64,000 nucleotides of DNA, from the NCBI RefSeq assembly GCF_964204645.1, contig NC_134035.1, positions 8,588,451-8,652,450 on the forward strand. Reading direction: 5' to 3'. A model generated the notes under the pieces. That model had not been told where the DNA came from, did not search any database, and was given only the letters and a program-made list of their open reading frames with translations. A program made the translations under genes and the position numbers. This stretch comes from Tubulanus polymorphus. Taxonomy: Eukaryota > Animalia > Nemertea. The stretch's first letter is position 1, and each line of letters starts with the position of its first letter. This document shows positions 15,820-28,255 of this stretch, piece by piece.

Positions 15820-17310
15820 TTGACTTGTTTTCAGTTCGGTGAATCATTAGATATATCAAAATTGCTAAAGACCTTACTCATTTTCTGTCGCTCCCATCCT
15901 ATAGACATAGGCCATGTTTTTAACATGAGTCTACAGACTGGAATTGTTCCGGACAAATTAAAAATCGCTAGAATTCGACCTTTATACAAAAGTGGTGACA
16001 AAGATAACTTTAATAATTACCGGCCTATCTCAATTTTGCCTTGCTTTTCAAAGATTCTTGAAAAAGTCGTGTACAACAGACTAATGTCTTATTGTGATAA
16101 ATTTTCTATCATAAATTCAAATCAATTCGGTTTTAGAAAGAATCACTCCTCTGCCATGGCAGTCATCAAAATTATTGATGAAATTTCATATAATCTTGAA
16201 AATAAAAATCCCACTATCGGTGTTTATTTGGACTTATCTAAAGCCTTTGATACAGTCAACCATGAAATATTATTGTCAAAATTAGATTTTTATGGAATTA
16301 AAGGTCGCGCACTTTGCTGGTTTAGAAATTATTTGGAAAACCGACAACAAACTGTTCAAATTGAAAATTGTAAGTCTCAACTTTTGAATATATCTACTGG
16401 TGTGCCTCAAGGTTCCATTTTGGGACCGTTACTTTTTTTAATATACATAAATGACTGCGTTAATGTCAGCAACATTTTGAAATTTACGCTTTTTGCAGAT
16501 GACACTAATGTCTTTGCGAGCGGTTCCGATATTCATCACCTTGCATTGACCGTGTCTAGTGAACTTGATAAACTAGCCACGTGGTTTTACGCTAATAAAT
16601 TATCTTTAAACTTGCCAAAAACTCATTGCATGGTATTTGGCTCACAACTACCACTTAACATTTCGATTCAAATCAGCGGAATTAATATTGATCAAGTTCA
16701 TAGCACAAATTTTTTGGGTATAAATATTGACGATAAACTTTCATGGATTGATCATATCAATAATGTTCAACGCAAGGTATCGAAGAGTATCAGTATGTTA
16801 AATAGATTAAAACGATTTTTACCTGAGAAAACTCTTATTCAATTGCATTTTAGTTTAGTGGAACCGTATTTAAGTTATTGTAACATAGTTTGGGCTCAAA
16901 ATTTTAATGTCTATTTAGATTCATTATTACTACTTCAAAAACGTGCGGTTCGAATAATAACAAATCCATATTATTTAGAACATACTGATCCACTCTTTAA
17001 AAGACTGAAAATACTGAGAATTAAAGAAATGAACAAATTACAGTTAGGATGCTTCATGTTTAATTATAACAAATCCATGCTACCTGATTCTTTTAATAAC
17101 TATTTTCAATTTCGACATGAAATCCACAATTATCAAACTCGTAGCCAAAACAATATGGAAATCCCTCAAATTCAAACTCGAAGAAATAAATTTTCGGTAA
17201 AGGTTTCTGGTCCAAAACTTTGGAATTCACTCGATTCAACTTTAAAGCAGTCGAAGAATGTTTATGTATTTAAAAAGAATTTCAAACAGTATCTGTTAAC
17301 GGGTCAATAG
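15820..17310 (+). CDS. Reverse transcriptase ORF2 (5'-truncated) of a CR1/L2-group non-LTR retrotransposon
   Basis: Motifs NYRPISIL, QFGFR, LDLSKAFDTV, GVPQGSILGP, FADD, FLGINID, GPKLWNSL. No endonuclease domain. Recognisable homology starts near 15905, so the TTG start is probably fortuitous. Confidence 0.92.
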   Translation: MTCFQFGESLDISKLLKTLLIFCRSHPIDIGHVFNMSLQTGIVPDKLKIARIRPLYKSGDKDNFNNYRPISILPCFSKILEKVVYNRLMSYCDKFSIINSNQFGFRKNHSSAMAVIKIIDEISYNLENKNPTIGVYLDLSKAFDTVNHEILLSKLDFYGIKGRALCWFRNYLENRQQTVQIENCKSQLLNISTGVPQGSILGPLLFLIYINDCVNVSNILKFTLFADDTNVFASGSDIHHLALTVSSELDKLATWFYANKLSLNLPKTHCMVFGSQLPLNISIQISGINIDQVHSTNFLGINIDDKLSWIDHINNVQRKVSKSISMLNRLKRFLPEKTLIQLHFSLVEPYLSYCNIVWAQNFNVYLDSLLLLQKRAVRIITNPYYLEHTDPLFKRLKILRIKEMNKLQLGCFMFNYNKSMLPDSFNNYFQFRHEIHNYQTRSQNNMEIPQIQTRRNKFSVKVSGPKLWNSLDSTLKQSKNVYVFKKNFKQYLLTGQ

Positions 17311-17618
17311 TAATTTAACATTTGTTTAATATGCGTTTATAGGTCGATCTGAACTTAACTTGTCATTATGGATGTGTGTGCGTGCATGCGTGCGTGCGTT
17401 CGTGCGTATGCGTATGCGTGAGTTTTGTGGTGCAGGGTTGTGTACATGTGTGTGTGTGCGTGCGTGTGTTTGATTTCTATGGGCGCCAGGGCCATGTTTC
17501 ATGGATATAAGTTTGTAACTTCTCCTGGTGTCCATCGACTTGAATTACATTATTTTATTATATTATCTTATTGTAATTTTCTAGTGTAATTTAATTCGTG
17601 AATAAAGAATAATAATAG
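15905..17618 (+). mobile_element. 5'-truncated CR1/L2-group LINE, including 3'UTR with (GTGC)n/(GT)n microsatellite, a hairpin and an AATAAAG(AAT)n tail
   Basis: Uninterrupted RT frame. The 3'UTR has a microsatellite at 17374-17468 and a GGGCGCCAGG...CCTGGTGTCC stem. The simple-repeat tail lies at 17601-17617. Confidence 0.85.
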
Positions 17619-20239
17619 TTCCGGAGCCCATCAGCAATTGCAGACGATATCCATTACAAATTATCTACAAAATGCATTTTAAGCTATTATCGCACTGATA
17701 AAATGGTGAAAGTGAATTGGTTTAATTCCCTGAGACATAATGGCGAAAATGATGTCGTAGGCAATGTACATTTGCATAAAACAATCGTTCACTCGAAAAA
17801 ATCTTCATCTACAACACATTAAGACTAGTAGTTGCTCAACGATGTTTTCAAAACTATCTGCTGTGGCGAAAATTGAACTAATAATTTTACTAATAGCTGC
17901 CAGTCGTTGAATATTCGAAGGAAGAGGCCTAGAAGGTTTAGTCTTTTTCTCTTAGTCGGTACGAGATTGCTCAAGGTCCAGTTTCGGCAAAGATAATTAC
18001 CAATTGAATTCATTTGAATGCGATTACGTCGCGTCACAGTTTCGGTATCATTTAAAACTAACCTCAGGCAAATCTCTAAACAGTTGCTAATGACAACCTT
18101 CTCATATCCAATGACGTCTCGAAAAATGACTATAAGCTAATTCCAACTACTTGAAAGTGGACGACCCGTCTCTTTGCAAGGACACTCTCTTTTTAAATCG
18201 AAAGTTGCAGGAATTAAGAAATGAAGCTAAACAGTAGCTAGATATAATAAGGTAGTAATGATACGCTCTGGTAGAAAGGTGTGTCTTAATTTGATATTCT
18301 AAAGCTCTTAAAATGTCTGATACATAAATGGTCATGGCAACGTATTCCAAAAATTGCGCGCAATAGTAAAAGGCTTTACGACCAGCAGATAAAAAGTTGC
18401 ATTAGGTTGAACTAAAATCAATTAACTAGATTTTTTAACCAAGGTAGACCTATAAACTGTTTAACCAACTAGTTCGATCCTCGGTGAGTGCGCGTAATTT
18501 CACTGTCACTTCCCTAATCCTTACAACTGCACTAACAACTGGATCCCAATCCCAAAGAAGTTCTATTTTATCCTCGTTGCTGAGATCGTTGAAATTGATA
18601 CGGGGAATGTACTGTAACCGAAACCATACATTTATCCATGTTTTGCATCTAAAACAAACAGGGTTGACGCGAGTGCTAACGGAAAAATGGAAAGTTTTTT
18701 TACGGACTGATGCTTGTGATGATCGAATTTCTTTTCCTGCCATTCGACGAAACTGACAGTGTTGAACAGGTCTCTGTTGGCATTTTATTTACAATCCGTC
18801 TGAAATATGCACTCGATTTAATGGACGAAATGTTGACGAAACATTTATCAGCCGTCATAACGCGCGTGACGCCGGAAATGATGAATAGCTACGCGACGAA
18901 GTGTTCTTCGATCCGTCATCGCGTATGACAATAACCTAGGAAAAAAGAAAAAAAAACAAGGAAAAAATGGTCTTATTACATCTTATTGTTTTATTAAGTT
19001 CGTGGTTTGTTTGAACAATTTGAAAAATTGAACTATCTGGAAAATATCAAATGACTTGCTAGAAGATTTTAGAATAAACTCAAAAAAGAAATTCAATATT
19101 GAAGAATCATCCGGTCATATCGAACTCCCGAATTCGGTTTATTTCTTGCTGTGGCGCACTAACGGCATTCATAACCGTATTGATTTAAAGGGGATTAGCT
19201 CCCAAATACTTGGTCCGGGGTTAAATGAGGAATTTCGATGAAGATATCGCTGAAGTGCCTATATTCACAATATCGAATGAAACTCCAAGCGAAGTTCGAC
19301 ACGTATGAAACTAGGAATGACGTTTTGTTAGTAATGCCAGCGAAGCTTGTCCGTAACCACGCATGGAGCAGGTTCTCCTCGCAAGGTGCGCTTGTTTTGG
19401 CCTATCGAAATCTTTTGTCAACACTATTGCAAACTGTGTATTTTCAAACCGGCAGTACACACTCAACTGAAACGGTCGCGTCGACGAAGATCAGCAAATA
19501 CGTAAATCTATCTTTTTTCCTTCATCTTATAGAAAATTCGGATAAATATCCGAAAGTCTCGTCCCGGGATTACGCACGTAATCAACAGCCCAGCGGTGTA
19601 AACAAACCACGTTCACGCCGAGCCGTTCCTTCGATTCGCGACCACGATTTCCATTCCGTATGAAAAAACGAAAACAAGAAAACGTTTCTGCAAGCGATTC
19701 CATTGACGCGAATAGTGTCTGAATACTAACGCCTGCGATAAGCCGATATTAGATCACGTGATACTCCGGCTATCGTACAATATCTTCGTTTCGTGACGAT
19801 CGAGGTGAAAAAACGAATGAACTCTATAACCACTTCGCTTTCCGTCTACACCTTTCCAAACACTCTTGGTAGCGTCGACGTTGAATAGCGGTCGGTAATT
19901 CATCTTATAATGCACACCTCGGTGACCGCGCGACTAATGAAATGTTAATAACGACGAATACCAACTTTTCTCTCATTATAGCATCGTCGGTGAAAGCAGT
20001 CGATTGCGCGCTCCAATAACTCACGCTTGGACGGAATCGTGTCGTCTGTCCCTCAACCGGAGCCGACATATCTAGAACATTTTCTCAATCTGAGTTAGTG
20101 TCGTTGATATTTTCGTCTGATGGACGCAACGATTCGATACGAGTGATTGCCTTGCGGGAAAATCCTGCATTGGATTTATCCTATATTCCCTCCCTTTCAC
20201 ACCACAGTCACGACACGTCCAATAGCAATCTCGTCAGTT

Positions 20240-20366
20240 GGAGGAGACGGAGACGGAGATGGAGACGGGGACGGGGCCGGGGACATAGAAGGGGACGGAG
20301 ACGGAGATGGAGACGGGGACGGAGCCGGGGACATAGAAGGGGACGGAGAGGGAGATGGAGACGGGA
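20240..20366. repeat. Purine-rich minisatellite: GGAGAC-type hexamers organised in ~48-nt units
   Basis: GGAGACGGAGATGGAGACGGGGACGG(G/A)GCCGGGGACATAGAAGG repeated about 2.5 times. Confidence 0.85.
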
Positions 20367-20667
20367 AACGGGCAGTTTCGTGGAAAGCTACTTATGTCGA
20401 TTTTGAGAGAGAACTCGTTGAGAACCACCTTTTTCGCGCGCGATCACTCACCGAAAGCGCTCTCAAAGAAAAAGGGGGAAGAAAGCAACGCGGATATAAG
20501 TACGCTGTCGACCGGTATACCATTAGAACCGGTACACCCGATGAGGCAATGCGCATAAAAGAATCGTTAGCCGTAAAAAAACCCGATAGACGAAAGGCAA
20601 CAAAGTGGTGACGAATCTGTTTTTTAGCAACGGACTTTTTACGGGTGTTGCTAATTTTCGCAGAATT

Positions 20668-21143
20668 GAAAATTCAAACGATTGAATTTATCTATTAATA
20701 CCAGTTTATTTGACGTCTTGATCAGTTGGATAGCAGGCTCAGAGTGATATGATAATTAGTTAACAGTATACACAGAATAGAATCGAATATTATATTACTT
20801 GATTAATCATACTACATCAGATCGTAACTGAGATTGTCCTAAAATGACTTTTCTTTAACTACATGCTTTAATATAAAGGCCTATTTCTACAATCAAATAA
20901 TCATAGCTGTCATTTTAGATTAAATATCTAATCTATAAAAATTGACTCTCAGTACCTAATTTACGTGTTACATAAAGGTCTAATTTCTCAGCTAAGCCTA
21001 GGTACACATTTATGCCCAAAACATATATAAGATTTAACTCTGTAAAATGGAGGTAACTCACCTGAAAATTTGAACGATTGAATTTATCTATTAATACCAG
21101 TTTATTTGACGTCTTAATCAGTTGGATAGCAGGCACAGAGTGA
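20668..21143. repeat. ~80-bp direct duplication (20668-20748 and 21064-21144) in AT-rich decayed sequence
   Basis: GAAAATT..AACGATTGAATTTATCTATTAATACCAGTTTATTTGACGTCTT..TCAGTTGGATAGCAGGC..AGAGTGAT occurs twice. Confidence 0.8.
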
Positions 21144-23625
21144 TCAAATCTGTGCTGCCAAAAACCAAGTTGATTAAGACACTCCCACCAAGAAATTAGT
21201 GACCAAAACTTCTAGCGATTGGTTCATCCAAATCTTAATGACATATTAAGACACTGATTACCTGATGAGAGCTAAACTAGTTGCGAGGGCAGGTGAGTTG
21301 AGAGTTGTTTATATTGCTATAACATCATTTATTTTAAAAAAAGTGCCAGTTCGCAGGGCATATACAAAATACTCAATAAACAAGACAGCCTACTTGAGCT
21401 GCCAAAACTGTATCCGGGTAAAAGTGACAAAGCTGAGTTTAGATCCATTAATGGACAAAGGAAAAATCTACAGATATATTTTCTTAGCATACAAATGACC
21501 TGGCAAAATATTTATTACGATATTGAAACATAAAAACATAATAGTATGATTGATAACCACACTCAAACGTGGTGAACGGATAAAAAGATAGAAATACTCC
21601 TTGCTAAATTTTTGCCACGGATTTTAGTAACCACTTTATTGTCAGTTCCGCTGCCTATGTCCATCTTTTGGACGAATCCAAATATTAGCTTATGAGCTGC
21701 GAAAAAACGTAACATATTAACGTTTTTATTCGATGTTTGTAATAGCTTACATTAATATTTGATTTATACACGTTTACGAGAAGGTTAGTTCGATTTCGAA
21801 TGCTTGTTTGTCACCGCTCGACTGTGGTCACGGTGTGGCGTTAAAGGTTTGCAATTTCATCATCGTTCGACCTGAGATGGCGATCGTCTGACAACATGCG
21901 GCATCGAGAGAGCGACCGCGTTTACCGTGACATGATTTAATTCATCGTTTGACGTGGCTTCGCAGAAACCGATCAAAGGCAATCAAATCACGTGAATACG
22001 AGGTAATTTATCAGCGGTCAACGACCGTTATCCCCAAGTGGTAAATTATGTAAATTCGACGTTTCATTTCTGCTGAAGACACACGCACTAAATGAACAAA
22101 CTAAATCGTCTGTATACTTCAAATGTGTGTGCGTGTGTGTGTGTGTGTTCATTTAAGTATGAAACGCCTGCTTTAAAATCTATACGTTCTCGTTGAAACT
22201 CTTTCGACGCCTTCTTTTTGTGCATCGTTTTTTTGAGTCAGTTGGAAGCAAACGAAAGGTTTTTCTCATTAATTGTGATGCAGACTCTCAAACAAATCGT
22301 CTCAGAATCGACGAAATAGTACACTATTGAAAGTATAATTTCAGAACTATTTTCAGTACCGATCTTTTTGGTTTGGTTGGACGTTCTTTCTCTGTTTGGT
22401 TGGACGTTCTTTATGTTCCAACGCAGCGGGGTCCACTTTGCTCAAAAGGCGAAGCCTTCGAAGAACGAACGTAACGGTAGAATATTCAGAAAAAGTAGTT
22501 TTCGATATGAAAATCGGGATTGACCCTGCTAGTAATTCGATTAGTAGATTTCGTTTGTTATGTCTTGCGAAACAGGGCGATTTATTATGAAATCGGAAAT
22601 GGATGCAAAGATATAGTCCGATGATCGGTCGAATTAGCGTAAATGAAACAGTTTTTACATCGAATATATATGATCGGATCAGTCGAAGTTGATATGTTGG
22701 TCTCGCGTGTTTGGGAACAGCCGAATGTTTCCACTTATTGAGATTAACCACGACTAAGGCAAGAACGAGTTTTTAGATACGACCGCCGATTACGTAAAAT
22801 GACGGCAATGTAAAAATCCTCTGTGCGTATAACACTTCAACCTTGGAATACTTGACGGTCTGTCTGGTTATTTGTGGCTGTTAGAAGATGGTCAAAACCA
22901 CCCGGAGACAGATTTTCAGGGCACGTTTACATCATTTGTATTTTTGAATTTGTTTACTCTTTCTCAAAAACGTAACTTCATATCTACATAAGGTTACTCT
23001 ATAGTTTAGTGATGGTGGTCATGTCTCGTTCAGGGAATAGATCGGCGTGAACAGAAAATTTTACGCAAAAACAACCCGGAGACAGATTTCCAACTGCATA
23101 ATGCGTAAATTGACGCTTCGTGACCGATTACAACGTTACTTAGAAATGTATCCACGACTTTAGCTAATGAAGGTAACAACATTGCCAGAGCGCCGTGTGT
23201 CTTGATTAACAAACACTGTCGTTGCGTCTTTTCAAGGCCGCCATATCTCCCGGTCCGATGCGCCCTTTCACTGGCCTTCATTTCGCCTACTTTTGAATCT
23301 ACGCCAAAAACAGGGAAATTGTCCGGTATTTTCTATTTTTCTTCGCGTAGAGGCTTTTTGGCCCAAAAGACCCTTTAGTTATCAGCTTTGCTCACTGTTA
23401 GTCTAAAACCTCGTCAAATAATGCTCGCGGCTCGTTGAGAAGTCCAGACGTCATTCATTAAACGTGACATTTGTAGTTGGTTGTTATCGGGTTCGTCGTC
23501 GGACTCAGCGCGGTATATTCGCTCTTTTCTCTACGAATGCCAATATTTCAACAGACAAACAGTCGAGATTTGCGTTTATAAAGGTGTCGGTAGAGGGCGC
23601 AGTCAACATACAACAACGTAGGTGT

Positions 23626-23781
23626 TACACCTGACGTTGATCTCTAGGGCGAGGTCGAAACGTAGTGTATTTTATATTTTAGACTGCTTGAATAGATAAA
23701 TTCTCGATTTTAAATTCTCTTAATTTGTACATAGTGGGTTTTAATCTTATTATCCGTTCACCACGTTTGAGCGTGGTTATC
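23626..23781 (+). mobile_element. Single-arm hammerhead-bearing element (same subfamily as the 31.2-kb copy)
   Basis: TACAC-CTGACGT-T-GATCTC-TAGGGC-GAGGTC-GAAA-CGTA-GTGTA at 23626-23669, with an A9-to-U core change. Its 3' tip recurs inverted at 21552-21583. Confidence 0.62.
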
Positions 23782-25477
23782 GTTCAATTAGCTCACGTGT
23801 ATAGCAAAGGACTTATGGTCCATGGCTACTTTGACGGCCAGCTACTTTATAACGACCGGCTGAACGCCATGTGTTTGTTGTCGAATCTTTCTTTTATATT
23901 CTTATGGACATAATCTTCGTGGCAAGTCCTGTTGGCTGCTTGGATCTTGGAGTAATCAGACAGAGAGTCTGATTACTCCAAGCTTAGATATAGTGCGGGA
24001 AACACTTCAAAGGCCGTGGTCTCGTCGTGGGATTAAATGAATATCCGAATAGGCTCAGGCCTGGTAAACTAAAAAAAAAAAACAGATGCAAAATCCACAC
24101 AGAAAATGTACCCTGACAAAATAACGTCAGCTAGAGATCGAGCGAGACTGTGACAGTTTTCGAGTAGGCTTTGCAAACTGTTTACTTTTACTCGATGGAG
24201 TGCGATCTCCTGCGTGGAAAACGCTACGTAATCGTCTCGAATGAATGCGATTCCTCGAGAAGACGTCGCCAGACGATATTTCCGGTGATTTTTCCACTCG
24301 AATTCATCCGTATTCAAGCGACGTTTCGGTGCCTGGATCGTTCGTTAAAACCGATCGGCGGCGAAGCTTCTGCGTATAGTATGTCTGGGGCAACTATTTA
24401 GTCAGAAAATTCTAATGTTCTCCACCGACGTCGGTCCGCTCCCCCCTCCCCCCCCCCCCTCCATGATGAAGTTAGTGCATACCTGCGCGAACGAGAGGTT
24501 TGTTTTTTTATTACCTATCAACCCCGGAGCACAGCTCCATCATGAAATGAAAGAGAGATTTACATTTAACCAATATGAAACTACTATTGTTTTGATTATA
24601 TCTACGTGGCCAGTGACTCCAAAATGATCCGCTAGGTTCGCTAATGGTTACGTGGTTTACCGCGCTTCAATGCCTGCCACAATTCAATTCGAATTGTTGT
24701 CATAAGTAAATAAATTTTCGGTGAAATCTATACCAAACATTTAGTGAGGAAGCGAATTTTATCTATCATATTGTCCAAACGTGTCATTTCCTGGTGAACT
24801 GACACAAATCGGTGACTTTTCGACCCCTCGTCGTTATCGCTGGCATAACGATTACAATCAGGTATCGCAGCATCCTAATGACGATCAGCAAAAAAAAACG
24901 ATTTTGTTTTCGTGACATTTTCTAATTGATAGCGGATGACTTCCTATTGACATTACGCGCGTGGTTTAATTGTAGCGTTTATAGACGATTCACGATTTCA
25001 TTGTTCTGCCCTAATGGCTTTCCGCGCGCGTTCTTTGATCTAGTTCAACGGGGGATGATATTCGATATCGCATCATCGTGCGCGCGCGCGTGCGCCGTTT
25101 TGCGATCTGTGTAACCGACGATGCGGCGTTAACAAGGTCGCGGAGGTGTCACGAATCGATAGCCGACGAAGCGTCGCGCGAAACAATTATCGAGAAAAGC
25201 TGACAAATTGATTACCGTCTGTCAATAATGATAGCTGGAAATAACAACGTCGACTGTTTGTTTACCGATGAGCAGAACTGATAGATAGCGATACGTGCCT
25301 CCTGACTTGGACGGATACAACACGTCATCGCTAAACGTATCAAAGTCGTGCATCAGAATATCAAAAAGTGTAAAAAGCTCAACGCATACGGTATCTTGAA
25401 ATACGAAAACAGGAGACGAAAATATGAAAACCAGCGTTTATCATAAGGGGACCTTTCTAGGGTTATTTGCGGTTCGT

Positions 25478-25670
25478 CTTGATTTGATTGATTTGATTTG
25501 AACACTTTATTTTTCAAATATAATTTACAGCATAGTGTACAAAGCATAATACAAAATACAGTAAATTAGACCTGGAGGGGCCTGTAGAAATAAAGGAATA
25601 GTTCGTATAAAACAGGTCCCTCAAAAGAGAAAAGTGACAAAGAAAAAAAGACAAATGCAATAAAGAAAAA
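25478..25670 (-). mobile_element. CR1-like 3' tail remnant
   Basis: (GATTT)n tail, then TTTATT, then a GAGGGGCCTGT..ACAGGTCCCTC hairpin. Comparable tails occur at 33005-33070 (homologous to 9025-9085), 33735, 34980 and 51195. Confidence 0.5.
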
Positions 25671-28142
25671 GCGCGTCTTAGCCTCTGCCACGCGTCTCCC
25701 TACTATTAATTTTCTATTCTAGCAAGCGCGTCATACCTTCCAATGGTGTATTTGTTCTCTTTTATCTTGGCCGGACTTGTTCGGCTAGTTCGCTCCGTCT
25801 ACTGCGGAATCGCTGCGCCACGAAGTAAATCATGTTTCGACGCGACGGCAGCCTTTAAAAGCATTGTCAAACTATCTATTTATCAACACAAATACATTAA
25901 TGGCAGCCTACTTATCCTAATGGTATAAGTATATCTCCATTGCATTATTTACGCATTATCTCGACGAGACTTCGCCGATTATTTCTCCGACAAGAGAAGA
26001 ATAAATGGCCCAGTGCGTAAATCTATTTGACAGCTTCCAAATCGGATAAGAAGGCGAATTTGTCTTAGGACTCGTGCTGAAAATGATGAATTAAGTAATG
26101 GGACATGATTATATCCGAATCTGACTCGAATAGAAGCGGAAATGCGGGCGACCCAGATACAGATATTTGCCGTTTAACATTTCACGTTGGCTGAGCTGAA
26201 TCGTTGAAAGTGAACAAATTTCGACCGAGTTCGTGACTTCTACCAAAAGCGAAACTAAGACCTTTTTCATCTCCTTATTTCATCATCAATCTGTCTCTTA
26301 GACCAAATGGATTTCATAACCGAAATTCGTTACCTATCCAGTTTGCAGAATTATGGCAACATTTATGAGGGACCTCTTCTTTCTAGGAACTATTTTGGGA
26401 TCTGACGCTACGCATCTTCAAGCTACTAAGCTAATTGTGGTCTGATGCCATACCCCCAGATACGAGATCATGGCACTATTTTCTATCAGACTGTTATGTA
26501 TTTTGACAGTTAGATTATTTCACTTTTCTCTGATGTAAGTACAGATTTTAAAAACCTGCGCCTTCAAGGACGAATATAGGGCTGTTAGACACGAGGTTCA
26601 TCATTTTTCCTTTTTTTCCGAGTAAAAAGTACACATTTTGAAACCTCCACGTGGCCGTTCGTCCATTAGTCCTAGGAGCGGTTTGTTCTGTACTGTATCC
26701 GTCGGCGATGCGATGACAGTTACTCCGTAATTGCTTACATATCGTTCGCATAGAGCACGAAGAACGTACAAAAATAACCTCACGAGAACTTAAAAAGGCA
26801 TTAGCTTTTCAAGCGTTTATTATTGGCCGTATCACATGCTCGCGGTCTCTTTTGAAGAATTACAAGACATTCGAGCGAACCGGAAGCAACACATGACATT
26901 CGACGTCAAGTCCGCATTCAACTGCATAGTGATACGTAGAAGATCGATGGCGGCGGCTATAATTGACATCGAATACAAACAGATCACGCTATAGATTCGT
27001 TTGATTATGTACGGCAAGCGCTCGTAAATAATTATTACATTTTCTAACGAACATATTCACCTATCGAAGCGCGGTAGACACGAAAAATGCATTACAGACA
27101 GGATATTGGATGCAGGAATAATCGAGCTTAAAATCGGCGACACTATTTATCTCAATTATGCCGCGTTCCGATCGAAAACTTTTCAACAGTTCGATATATT
27201 TTGATTAATGGACGATTGTGTGGAAGGCTGCTGCTGTCAATGATATAAAAAATGTATCGGAGTTTTATTATTTTCGGTGAAGAAGAGCGCGGTGGAATTA
27301 GCCGTAGTTTCGATGCTGCTATACGCTATCATAAGATCGCGTTCACTTCGTGAAGCTCATCGATTACAAAAGCGACGAAGCAAATCGTGTATATTCGTCC
27401 TCGAATACCAAACGACGCGTTGATTCGTATAGATTGATTGTTTCGAATCTGAAAATCTGAAGTGGGATTGCGAGGAGCGCCATAAGTGCCGAGGTATCGG
27501 CTGGTTGTGTTTTTTAAACGCGACGTAGAAGTAGATTGACTGTAAAAAAGGCGCGAGGTCCAGTCTGTCACGCAGTACTAGCGTGTATTATGTAACGTGT
27601 TATATTTCACCGATCACAGTTTCACGGGTGATCAACCATGTATATTATTGTGTATATAAACCTTTTCCTGCAATAAAGTGGGGTTCAGTTTTTCGTTTGT
27701 ATCTAGCTGTGTTGGAGTTATTTTTCTGCCTTTGGAGGATCTACAGTCCCAGGTCATTTTCCGTATGACACAGTCGTCAACATCCACCATCTCGACAACA
27801 ACAAAAAAAGGCTCGTCACGCCAAGCTTGACGTGGTAAATCCGTATAAAGCATGAACGTAGATCCTAATGGATGGTGTTCGCGGTAGGCGATTCCTATGT
27901 AATCGCTGTCGTAAATAGCCTCTAAATAACACCGACTTTTGAAGAACGATTGCCAACGCGCAAAGGCCATCATTTTTTGTATGGCTCGGCAGTTTTCTAT
28001 GTGGTGGTTCTAATGTTTTCGATCACTTCTGTCTTGGAGACGAATTCGGGGCCGTGGTTAATGATGATAGATGCTTTTATATAGAAAATCCCTCGCTTGG
28101 AAAAGAAATATGGACACGAAATATCTTCTTTCAGTTACGGGA

Positions 28143-28255
28143 ACGGATGAAGATGATGACTATTGGGATATTCGTAGTCGAAACGTCCATCGTATATAAA
28201 TCAAACTAAATCCTTCAGACTCTTTTTTTCTCAGGGTGGAAACCATCAATATCAC
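28143..28255 (+). mobile_element. Degenerate hammerhead-like remnant
   Basis: TGAAGA-TGAT-GACTAT..GTAGTC-GAAA-CGTC-CATC. The core C is missing. Stem II resembles the 39.5-kb copy. Confidence 0.4.

Noticed and set aside
20098-20611. Gly-Asp-repeat and Arg-rich (protamine-like) ORFs
   Set aside because: Translations of a GGAGAC minisatellite that is open in several frames, with non-ATG starts and no splice support.
21262-21300. CTGATGA as another hammerhead (also 10109, 58419, 9627)
   Set aside because: No stem II followed by GAAA and no UH/stem I pairing.
23947-23983. Short perfect hairpin CTTGGAGTAATCAGAC/GTCTGATTACTCCAAG as a pre-miRNA
   Set aside because: The stem is too short for a pre-miRNA. 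More likely a collapsed MITE remnant.
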